Shown in pieces: positions 1 through 7,171 of a stretch of 36,541 nucleotides of DNA. The DNA is from an uncultured Candidatus Saccharibacteria bacterium. Its GTDB lineage: Bacteria > Patescibacteriota > Minisyncoccia > UBA6257 > UBA9933. The notes under the pieces were generated by a model. That model saw nothing but the letters and a program-made list of their open reading frames with translations, was not told the origin of the DNA and did no database searches. Numbering within the stretch: position 1 is the first letter of the stretch; each line of letters opens with the position of its first letter. The stretch is from the NCBI GenBank assembly GCA_964362385.1, contig CAYIEH010000002.1:1-36541 (forward strand). Reading direction: 5' to 3'. The translations under genes were made by a program, and so were the position numbers.

Positions 1-89
1 TTTTCCAACTATTTTAAAAACTTTAACTAAATAAAAAGAGGAGGAGAAAATTCATATTTTATCCGCCATCATTGCCTGTTTTTAATTTA

Positions 90-1691
90 TTAAACATAAT
101 ATTTTTTCTTAATCTCTTCTTCAATACTGTTTTCAAATTCTTCCTTTTTCTCTTTCGCCGCTTCTGACATTTTTTCTAAATCCGTTTCAGACATTTTTCC
201 CAATTCCTTAATTCGTTTTTCCAGATATTCTTTCTCGTTTTTTTTAGGGTCATCTAAAACTTCATCAAGAAGTATTGATAAAATTTGCCCGATTTTCGGT
301 CCCGGAGAAATATTTAAAATCTTCATTGCGTCGTTGCCGTTAATTTTTATCATTTTCGGAGAAATAGGATCTCGCTTTACTTTATCAATCATAAAAAGCA
401 GATGCCTTAATTTGTACGGAACCGCTTTTGGAACGCCGGAGCCGATGCGATCCGCTTCTCTGATTTTTATAAAATCATCCACATTTTCAGGTCCGACGCG
501 GGCCAAAAACCTGCGCACGCCGGCTTCGGTAACTTCGCCGACATTATAATAAAAAAGATGATAACGCACCAAATGAATCACCTTTTCCGCGATGTTGTTC
601 GGGAAACGCAATCGGTCCATAATTTCAGCGGTCATCTTGGCGCCGACAATTTCATGAGCGTAAAATGTTGAATCCGGCCCTTCGCCCGCTTTTGTTTTCG
701 GCTTGCCAAGGTCGTGTAAAAGAGCCGCCAAGCGAATTTCCAAAGAATAATTTTTTTGGACCGCGTAATCCAAGGCACGCAAATTATGCTCCCACACGCT
801 GTATATATGATGTTTGTTCTGACCGACGTTTATTCCCTCTCTTAATTCAGGGAGAATATAACGCAAAAGTCCTGTATCTTCCAAAATTTGAATACCTTCT
901 TCCGCCCTTGATGTCATAATAATTTTTATAAACTCATCGCGAATCCTTTCTTTAGCAATCATTTCTAAAAGTCCGGCAAGGCCAAAACTTGCAAGAGCAG
1001 TATTTTTTTCTATCGTAAAATTTAACTCAACGGCAAACCTGACAGCCCGAACCAAACGCAAAGCGTCTTCATTAAAGCGTTCTTCGGGATTGCCGACCGT
1101 GCGGATAATTTTATTTTTCAAATCCTGTTGACCGCCATAAGGATCAACTAAATCAAAATCTGAAATCTGAAATCTGAAATCCGAAACAATATCCAATTTG
1201 GGATTTAATTCTTTTGAATTTTTAATTTGTCTCGAATTTCGTGCTGACCCTGACGGGGAGTTTTCAACAACGTGCTTCGTGCTTAAACTCAACGCTATTG
1301 CGTTTATCGTGAAATCGCGTCTGGATAGGTCTTCTTCAATGGTCTTGGCGAACTTGATTTCATCCGGATGCCGCTTATCGGTATATTTGCCTTCAATCCT
1401 ATAAGTCGTTATTTCAACGACTTTTAATTTCGGGTCTTCGCTGTCAGTTTTCACGCCGACCGTGCCGAATTTATTTTCATAAACGCTACTGGAAAAAATT
1501 TTCTGGATTTCATCCGGCTTGGCGTTTGTGGCAATATCCCAATCCTTTGGTTCAACAAGCTCTTCACGAGCGGCTCCCAAAAGCAGGTCGCGAACACATC
1601 CGCCCACAAGATACGCCTCAAAACCGGCAGCTTCAAGCTTTTTCGCAATATCTATAACTTCTTCAGGAATTTGAGATAAATTGAATTTCAT
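90..1691 (-). CDS. cca: CCA-adding enzyme / tRNA nucleotidyltransferase (class II NTase plus HD domain), with an internal insertion of about 40 aa
   Basis: ORF 90..1736. Motifs GGCVRDLLLG, RRDFTINA and HD-type LLHDLGKP are present. Start moved to ATG at 1691 (MKFNLSQIPEEV), a typical N-terminus for the family. All four tRNAs in the window lack an encoded CCA, which fits this call. Confidence 0.85.
   Translation of the reverse strand: MKFNLSQIPEEVIDIAKKLEAAGFEAYLVGGCVRDLLLGAAREELVEPKDWDIATNAKPDEIQKIFSSSVYENKFGTVGVKTDSEDPKLKVVEITTYRIEGKYTDKRHPDEIKFAKTIEEDLSRRDFTINAIALSLSTKHVVENSPSGSARNSRQIKNSKELNPKLDIVSDFRFQISDFDLVDPYGGQQDLKNKIIRTVGNPEERFNEDALRLVRAVRFAVELNFTIEKNTALASFGLAGLLEMIAKERIRDEFIKIIMTSRAEEGIQILEDTGLLRYILPELREGINVGQNKHHIYSVWEHNLRALDYAVQKNYSLEIRLAALLHDLGKPKTKAGEGPDSTFYAHEIVGAKMTAEIMDRLRFPNNIAEKVIHLVRYHLFYYNVGEVTEAGVRRFLARVGPENVDDFIKIREADRIGSGVPKAVPYKLRHLLFMIDKVKRDPISPKMIKINGNDAMKILNISPGPKIGQILSILLDEVLDDPKKNEKEYLEKRIKELGKMSETDLEKMSEAAKEKKEEFENSIEEEIKKKYYV
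1156..1183. repeat. Heptanucleotide tandem array (aaatctg x3 plus aaatccg) inside cca
   Basis: Read directly from the sequence. It encodes SDFRFQISDF within the cca insertion. Confidence 0.8.
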
Positions 1692-1806
1692 ATATAAGTA
1701 TTCTATCATTAAGCATATTATCCGCAAACACTTCACATATAAACGAGTTATTGAAAATAATTAAAAGTTTTTCCGCCACAGGCAGAATTATTTGGGGCTA
1801 TTTTTT

Positions 1807-2424
1807 ATGATAAAAATCAAAGAATGCAATGAGCCATTGGTTGATATAAAAAAACTATGTCCCAATCTGGTCATTGATATTGGAAAGCAACGGATGAAGA
1901 AAGAAAAAACAGCATATTTACGAAAAACAGTGGCTGAAATGATTTGGCGTGCTAAAAATGAATTGCCAAAGGGAATGACGTTTATTATAGGCGACGCTTG
2001 GAGGCCTCAATATGTTCAAATAAAAATAATGAAATGGTTTATAAAACATTTTTCCAAAAAATATCCCAATTGGTCTGAAGCTAAGATTATTAAGGAAGTT
2101 GAAAAATATGTTGCTCCATCAGACGGTAAATATGCCTCTGGCCACATGACAGGTGGAGCTGTAGATTTAAGGCTATTAAAAAATGGCAAAAAAGTGCCGA
2201 TGAAAAGTTCAAAATTGACATATCAGGAAAACGCCGAATCATTTCAGCCTAAATTGCCAAAATATATTCAAAAAAACAGAGAAATCATGTTCACAGCACT
2301 GAAAAAAGTTGGCTTATCTAATTATCCAAAAGAATATTGGCATTGGTCTTATGGAGATATTTGGTGGGCAAAAAGAAATAAAAAGAGAACAGCTATTTAC
2401 GGAATTATAAAAGATATTTCTTAA
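1807..2424 (+). CDS. D-alanyl-D-alanine dipeptidase (VanX/DdpX-like, peptidase M15D)
   Basis: ORF 1792..2424. Motifs GDAWRP, SGHMTGGAVDL (SxHxxGxAxD zinc site) and EYWHWSYGD are present. The track start at 1792 is TTG; ATG at 1807 (MIKIKECNEPL) is preferred. Confidence 0.75.
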   Translation: MIKIKECNEPLVDIKKLCPNLVIDIGKQRMKKEKTAYLRKTVAEMIWRAKNELPKGMTFIIGDAWRPQYVQIKIMKWFIKHFSKKYPNWSEAKIIKEVEKYVAPSDGKYASGHMTGGAVDLRLLKNGKKVPMKSSKLTYQENAESFQPKLPKYIQKNREIMFTALKKVGLSNYPKEYWHWSYGDIWWAKRNKKRTAIYGIIKDIS

Positions 2425-2480
2425 AGCAACACTAAGTGAAATTCTCAAAAATCCACCCCCAAGGCGGGTTTTTAATTTGA

Positions 2481-2547
2481 CCCCGTAGTGAATTTTGGCT
2501 TTGGGCTTTGCCCCGCCTTTGGCGAATAGCCAAAATCTACTACGAGG
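2481..2547. repeat. Long imperfect GC-containing hairpin (20-nt arms, 17 Watson-Crick pairs plus 1 GU, 27-nt loop)
   Basis: Arm ccccgtagtgaattttggct (2481-2500) pairs with agccaaaatctactacgagg (2528-2547). The loop contains ccccgcctttggcg. The 5' arm resembles the 5' end of the adjacent tRNA-Arg (gtccccgtggtgaaacgg). Confidence 0.6.
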
Positions 2548-2591
2548 TTTGAAATATTCTCGGATAAATTATAAGCTAAAAGCGTAATCTT

Positions 2592-2663
2592 GTCCCCGTG
2601 GTGAAACGGATATCATAACAGGCTTCGAACCTGTTGTTGCGAGTTCGAATCTTGCCGGGGACG
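2592..2663 (+). tRNA. tRNA-Arg (anticodon TCG)
   Basis: Manual cloverleaf. Acceptor GTCCCCG/CGGGGAC, D stem GTGA/TCAT, anticodon arm ACAGG-CTTCGAA-CCTGT, T arm GCGAG-TTCGAAT-CTTGC, discriminator G. No encoded CCA. Confidence 0.8.
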
Positions 2664-2705
2664 CCTTGAATAATGCAATTAAATTGCTAAAATGAGAAAG
2701 TTTGC

Positions 2706-2963
2706 GCGCCCGTAGCCATGCCCCGTATACAGCTTTGCTGTTATACCGGGGTCAGTCGGTATTACTAGAACTCACTACCTAAAGCTCATTGTCCGCCCAT
2801 AGCTCAGTTGGTAGAGCAGTTGCCTTTTAAGCAAATGGTCCCAGGTTCGAATCCTGGTGGGCGGACAATGAGCTTTAGAATTAGTTCAGTTGATAGATCC
2901 GTCCGACAACTGGCGGACGGACTCTTAAGCAGATGGTCGAAGGTTCAAGTCCTCCCGGGCGTA
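2706..2963 (+). pseudogene. Broken tRNA-like gene (Lys-CUU-like remnant) interrupted by an insert of about 169 nt that contains tRNA-Lys(UUU)
   Basis: The 5' piece GCGCCCG-TAG (2706-2715) is complementary to the 3' acceptor strand CGGGCGT (2956-2962). The 3' part (2882-2963) runs TAG-TTC-AGTTGATA-GA, then a 24-nt hairpin (2898-2921), then loop remnant CTCTTAA, GCAGA and TGGTC, then T arm GAAGG-TTCAAGT-CCTCC. Its trailer ACATTAAA is the same as after the intact tRNA-Lys(CUU). No 5' anticodon-stem strand can be found, so I call it non-functional. Confidence 0.45.
2793..2865 (+). tRNA. tRNA-Lys (anticodon TTT)
   Basis: CCGCCCA-TA-GCTCAGTTGGTAGAGC-A-GTTGC-CTTTTAA-GCAAA-TGGTC-CCAGG-TTCGAAT-CCTGG-TGGGCGG-A. 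It is collinear with E. coli tRNA-Lys. C1-G72, discriminator A, no CCA. Confidence 0.85.
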
Positions 2964-3012
2964 CATTAAAAAACAATCAATAATCAAAAAATTAGGAATT
3001 TAAATCATATAT

Positions 3013-3281
3013 CCGCCCATAGCTCAGTTGGTAGAGCAGTTGCCTCCGCCAATTTTATCTGAAACGAAGTGAAATAATAAAATTGAGCGCCCCGCACCTT
3101 TTGAGTATAATTTTAATAGCCGCGCGTAGCTCAGTTGGCAGAGCAGGGGCCTCTTAAGCCCAAGGTCGCAGGTTCGAAGCCTGCCGCGCGGACATTAAAT
3201 AAAAGGTGCGGGGTTCTCGATTTTATAACCGCTCGCATATACTCGCGGATAAAATCGGAAGTTCGAATCCTGGTGGGCGGA
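3013..3281 (+). pseudogene. Split copy of tRNA-Lys(UUU): nt 1-33 and nt 53-73 are retained, and the middle 19 nt are replaced by a 215-nt insert carrying tRNA-Lys(CUU)
   Basis: 3013-3045 is identical to 2793-2825 and ends right after U33. 3261-3283 is identical to 2845-2867. The anticodon, 3' anticodon stem, variable loop and 5' T-stem strand are absent (GGAAG in place of CCAGG). Confidence 0.55.
3120..3192 (+). tRNA. tRNA-Lys (anticodon CTT)
   Basis: CCGCGCG-TA-GCTCAGTTGGCAGAGC-A-GGGGC-CTCTTAA-GCCCA-AGGTC-GCAGG-TTCGAAG-CCTGC-CGCGCGG-A. C1-G72, no CCA. Confidence 0.85.
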
Positions 3282-3341
3282 CACTTTTAAAAATCAGTTT
3301 TTAGTTGATTAGTTTTTAGCAAACAGTTAAATTTATAAAGT

Positions 3342-3412
3342 GCGGGTGTAGCACAGTGGCAGTGCTTCTCGTTGCCAACGAGAGGGCGAGGGTTCGATTC
3401 CCTTCACCCGCT
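3342..3412 (+). tRNA. tRNA-Gly (anticodon GCC)
   Basis: GCGGGTG-TA-GCAC-AGTGGC-AGTGC-T-TCTCG-TTGCCAA-CGAGA-GGGC-GAGGG-TTCGATT-CCCTT-CACCCGC-T. No CCA. Confidence 0.85.
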
Positions 3413-3424
3413 CTGGAGATAAAA

Positions 3425-3446
3425 GCGAGTGAACTGCTTCACTCGC
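3425..3446 (+). other. Perfect 9-bp hairpin between tRNA-Gly and the efflux operon
   Basis: GCGAGTGAA (3425-3433), loop ctgc, TTCACTCGC (3438-3446). No U-tract follows. The SD-like tgaggaa (3448-3454) and ATG 3460 come immediately after. It could be a processing or attenuation element. Confidence 0.4.
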
Positions 3447-3459
3447 GTGAGGAATCGAT

Positions 3460-5019
3460 ATGAAACATTTTTGGGATCTAATAAAAAGGCGGAAGTTTTT
3501 AAGTTCAATAATTCTGATAGTAATTATTCTTATCGGGAGTTATTTTTATTTCAACAGAAACAAAGCCCCGAACTACAATATCGCCATCGCCAAAAAAGGA
3601 ACAGTTGTCCGGGAAGTAAGTGTAAATGGACGCGTTAAGCCGGCGAAAAACGTTGATTTGGCTTTTGAGAAAATAGGGCGGGTCTTTCATGTTTATGTTG
3701 AAGTTGGAAATAATGTAAAATCGGGACAAATATTGGTGGCTCTTAATAACGACGATACTTACGCCCAACTGCTTCAAGCCCAAGCCGGAATTCAAAATGC
3801 GCAAGCGACTTTGGACGAACTTAAAAAAGGAACAAGACCTGAGGACATTAAAATCGCGCAATCGGAACTTGATAAGACAAAACAGGACTTAAATAATTAT
3901 TACAGCGGCGCGCTTAATGTCTTAAATGATTCTTACTCCAAAGCGGACGACGCGGTGAAAAAACAAACGGACTCGATTTTTTCAAACGACGAATCAAACA
4001 GCCCCCAATTGACTTTTACTTCAAGCGATTCACAAGCCCAAATAGACGCGCAATGGCAAAGAACTTTAGTAAGAGACGCGTTAAATAGCTGGAAATCCGA
4101 ACTGGACAGCTTAAAAATCAACGGTTCCCGCGACCTCATAGACCAATCAATAACAAATTCCCAAAAACGGCTTTCGTTATTCAGAGATTTTTTGAGCCGC
4201 CTTCAAACCGCGGTTGAAAACGGCATAAATATAACTTCAGCGACTATTGACACTTATAAATCAAACATCAACACAGCCAAAGCTGAAATCAACACTGCGG
4301 CAACAAACATCGGAAATCAAGAACAATCAATTGCTTCGCAAAAAATCACGGTTGAAAAAACTAAAAATCAACTTAATCTTAAAATCGCGGGCTCAACGCC
4401 CGAACAAATCGCGGCGCAAGAAGCGGCAGTTAAACAAGCCGAGGCTAATGTCAAAAATTACCAAGCCCAACTTGAAAAAACAATCATTAGAGCTCCTTTT
4501 GACGGCATTGTCACAAAACAAGACGCCAAAGTCGGTGAAATTATTTCTCAGAACACGCCGATTGTTTCCCTGATGTCCAATGCGAAATTTGAAATTGAAG
4601 CCAATGTGCCGGAAGCTGATATTGCAAAAATCAAAATCGGAGACGCAACCAAAACGACTCTTGACGCTTACGGGAACGATATAATTTTTGAAGCTAAGGT
4701 CATAAAAATCGACCCGGCCGAAACTCTCATTGAAGGAGTCGCCACCTACAAAACCACTTTTCAATTTATTAAAGAAAGCGAACTTATCAAATCCGGGATG
4801 ACCGCCAATCTTGATATTCTTACGGATAAAAAAGAAAACGTTATCTATATTCCTCAGCGTGCGGTTAAAACAAACAACGAAAAAACCGTAAGAATATTGG
4901 ATAAAAATAAAATCGTAAGAGAAACTATTGTTGAAACCGGATTAAAAGGGTCTGACGGAAACATTGAAATAATTAATGGCATAAATGAAGGTGAGCAAAT
5001 TATTACCTCTGAACAATAG
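3460..5019 (+). CDS. HlyD-family periplasmic adaptor (MacA-like) with an extended coiled-coil
   Basis: N-terminal TM helix, a lipoyl-like motif (GQILVALNN ... APFDGIVT) and a long Q/A/K-rich coiled-coil. It precedes ABC ATPase and permease genes. An SD-like sequence lies upstream. Confidence 0.8.
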   Translation: MKHFWDLIKRRKFLSSIILIVIILIGSYFYFNRNKAPNYNIAIAKKGTVVREVSVNGRVKPAKNVDLAFEKIGRVFHVYVEVGNNVKSGQILVALNNDDTYAQLLQAQAGIQNAQATLDELKKGTRPEDIKIAQSELDKTKQDLNNYYSGALNVLNDSYSKADDAVKKQTDSIFSNDESNSPQLTFTSSDSQAQIDAQWQRTLVRDALNSWKSELDSLKINGSRDLIDQSITNSQKRLSLFRDFLSRLQTAVENGINITSATIDTYKSNINTAKAEINTAATNIGNQEQSIASQKITVEKTKNQLNLKIAGSTPEQIAAQEAAVKQAEANVKNYQAQLEKTIIRAPFDGIVTKQDAKVGEIISQNTPIVSLMSNAKFEIEANVPEADIAKIKIGDATKTTLDAYGNDIIFEAKVIKIDPAETLIEGVATYKTTFQFIKESELIKSGMTANLDILTDKKENVIYIPQRAVKTNNEKTVRILDKNKIVRETIVETGLKGSDGNIEIINGINEGEQIITSEQ

Positions 5020-5099
5020 CGGTAAAAACAATATTGTTATGCCAAAAATTATTGAGGTCAAAAATTTACCCCGTACCAAAATTAACAGGTGAAGTTTCT

Positions 5100-5864
5100 A
5101 TGCCTTATAAAATAGAATCGCAAAATATAAATAACCAATCAAAACGACAACCAATAATTTTAGTGCGGGGTCTCCAAAAAACTTATTATAGCGACGACGT
5201 CGAAACCCCCGCTTTACAAGGGGTTTCTTTCGCCGCAGAAAAAGGCGATTTTATTTCTATCATGGGGCCGTCCGGTTCCGGCAAATCGACACTACTTCAT
5301 CTTTTAGGATTTTTGGACAAGCCGACTGGCGGAGAATATATTTTTGAAGGTAAAAAAATAGAAAGCTATTCCGACGATGAACTTGCGCATTTTAGAAATA
5401 AAAAACTCGGCTTTGTTTTTCAGGCATTTAATCTTCTGTCAAAAATGACTGTTTTGGAAAACGTTAAGATGCCTTTGGCCTATTCTGATGTTCCCGAATC
5501 AAAATGGGACGAATTAGCGACAAAAGCAATAGAAAAAGTCGGGCTTTCGCATAGAATCAACCATGAAGCCAGTAAACTTTCCGGCGGAGAAAAACAAAGA
5601 GTTGCCATCGCTAGGGCGCTGGTCAATGAACCAAGTGTCATTTTCGCCGACGAACCGACCGGTAACCTGGATTCCAAATCCGGAACATTAGTAATGGATT
5701 ATATTGAAAAACTCCACGAAGAAGGCACGACTATTATTTTAATAACCCATGAGACATATACGGCGCAATACGGACACAGCATAATCCATCTTAAAGACGG
5801 ACTCATAGAAAACGTGGAGAAGGTGGAAGAAAAACACAAAAAACACGACGGATTCCTGAAGTAA
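5100..5864 (+). CDS. ABC transporter ATP-binding protein (MacB/LolD-type)
   Basis: Walker A GPSGSGKST, signature LSGGEKQR, Walker B VIFADEPT. The track ORF starts at 5034. I prefer ATG 5100 (MPYKIESQ), which is preceded by aggtga. Confidence 0.85.
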   Translation: MPYKIESQNINNQSKRQPIILVRGLQKTYYSDDVETPALQGVSFAAEKGDFISIMGPSGSGKSTLLHLLGFLDKPTGGEYIFEGKKIESYSDDELAHFRNKKLGFVFQAFNLLSKMTVLENVKMPLAYSDVPESKWDELATKAIEKVGLSHRINHEASKLSGGEKQRVAIARALVNEPSVIFADEPTGNLDSKSGTLVMDYIEKLHEEGTTIILITHETYTAQYGHSIIHLKDGLIENVEKVEEKHKKHDGFLK

Positions 5865-5873
5865 TTTTAAAGC

Positions 5874-7118
5874 ATGCGCATAAAAACAAATTTTAATATA
5901 GCCGTTGAGGGTTTAAAAATCCATAGATCACGTTCCTTTTTGACGATTTTAGGAATCGTTATCGGCATCACTGCGATTATGATGGTAATGTCTTTGGGAG
6001 GGGGAGCGCAAAATTTGATTTTAAGTCAAATTCAGGGACAGGTCGGTTCTAAAGTTATTGAGATCAGACCGGGTAGACAACCTAAAGGACCTACAGATTT
6101 TTTGTCTATTATGTTTTCTGATTCATTAAAACAGAAGGATGTAGAAGCGTTGAAGAAAAAAAATAATGTCCCTAATTTAAACGGCGTTATGCCTTTAGTT
6201 TTTGGCAGCGAGAGTGCGGTTTACGGAAGCGAAACATATCAGGCAACGCTTTATGGAATGTCAGATCTTGCCGTAAAAATGTATAATATAAAACCTTCGA
6301 GTGGAAGATTCTTTACTGAAGACGAAGTAAAAGGTTATTCTGATGTTGTAGTTATTGGATCTAAAATAAAAGAAGAGCTTTTTGCCAATGAAGAAGCGCT
6401 TAATCAAAAAATAAAAATCAAAGGGAAAAATTTTAGAATTATCGGGCTTTTGGGGAAAAAAGGGCAAGGAACTTTATTGAGTTTTGACGATACAATTATT
6501 ATCCCCTATACAACCGCTCAACAATATATTTTAGGTATAAAATATTTTCAGCATATAATAGTTGAAGCGGATACTGAGGCTAATGTTAATAAAGTTGTTG
6601 AAGATATAAAAATTACTATTAGAAATTCTCATAATATCACGGATCCCGAAAAAGATGATTTTAGCGTGTCGAGTCAGGCTGATGCCATAAAAATGATTGG
6701 TTCTGTGATGAGTGTTTTAACTTTGTTTTTAGCGGCAGTGGCGGCAATCTCACTTTTGGTTGGTGGCGTGGGCATTATGAACATCATGCTTGTTTCAGTA
6801 ACTGAAAGAACGCGGGAAATCGGCTTGCGTAAAGCTATTGGAGCTACGGATAAAAATATTCTGACTCAATTTCTTTTGGAAGCCATTATGCTTACCGGCA
6901 TCGGAGGGTTAATAGGTATTCTTATGGGAACTTTCCTTTCTTTTGCTACCGCGTTAATTTTAAGCAAAGTGGCCGGATTGCAGTGGGTTTTCACCTTTCC
7001 TATATCAGCGGCCTTTTTGGGAATCGGGGTTTCAGTAATAATCGGTTTGATTTTCGGCATATATCCCGCCCGCCAAGCTTCCATGAAATCGCCGATAGAA
7101 GCTTTAAGATATGAATAG
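5874..7118 (+). CDS. ABC transporter permease, MacB/FtsX family
   Basis: N-terminal TM helix, a large extracytoplasmic MacB_PCD-like domain and a C-terminal FtsX 3-TM bundle (TREIGLRKAIGA motif). Confidence 0.85.
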   Translation: MRIKTNFNIAVEGLKIHRSRSFLTILGIVIGITAIMMVMSLGGGAQNLILSQIQGQVGSKVIEIRPGRQPKGPTDFLSIMFSDSLKQKDVEALKKKNNVPNLNGVMPLVFGSESAVYGSETYQATLYGMSDLAVKMYNIKPSSGRFFTEDEVKGYSDVVVIGSKIKEELFANEEALNQKIKIKGKNFRIIGLLGKKGQGTLLSFDDTIIIPYTTAQQYILGIKYFQHIIVEADTEANVNKVVEDIKITIRNSHNITDPEKDDFSVSSQADAIKMIGSVMSVLTLFLAAVAAISLLVGGVGIMNIMLVSVTERTREIGLRKAIGATDKNILTQFLLEAIMLTGIGGLIGILMGTFLSFATALILSKVAGLQWVFTFPISAAFLGIGVSVIIGLIFGIYPARQASMKSPIEALRYE

Positions 7119-7133
7119 CTTAAATCTGACTTG

Positions 7134-7171
7134 CCCCGCAAAATCTGAGTGAAGCGAAGATTTGTGCGGGG
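7134..7171. repeat. GC-rich hairpin element just after the macB stop, flanked by duplicated gene ends
   Basis: ccccgcaaaatct (7134-7146) pairs with agatttgtgcgggg (7158-7171), giving 13 bp with one bulge and an 11-nt loop. See the finding on the EALRYE-stop duplication. Confidence 0.7.

Noticed and set aside
1-89. A possible 3' end of an upstream plus-strand gene (stop at 28-30) and an SD-like gaggaggag at 38-46
   Set aside because: Only 9 codons are visible, and no plausible start codon follows the SD-like run. The evidence is insufficient.
2898-2921. The hairpin tccgtccg-acaactgg-cggacgga as the anticodon arm of the outer tRNA-like gene (or an 8-nt-loop frameshift-suppressor tRNA)
   Set aside because: The stem is 8 bp, the loop is 8 nt, there is no U33, and the flanking D-stem and variable-region geometry is wrong. 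It fits better as a small palindromic replacement in a dead gene.
3013-3283. Interpreting the split tRNA-Lys(UUU) as a functional intron-containing tRNA (group I intron in the anticodon loop)
   Set aside because: After the insert, the sequence resumes at the last base of the 5' T-stem strand. The anticodon, 3' anticodon stem, variable loop and most of the 5' T-stem strand do not exist anywhere downstream, so splicing could not rebuild a tRNA. The 215-nt insert is mostly a tRNA plus simple helices, and I could not recognise a group I core.
2400-3460. The tRNA cluster as the attachment site of an integrated prophage or genomic island
   Set aside because: No integrase, transposase or phage-like gene occurs anywhere in the window, and the segments between the duplicated tRNA pieces are only 169-215 nt. 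Only scars of past events remain a possibility; this is noted in the main finding.
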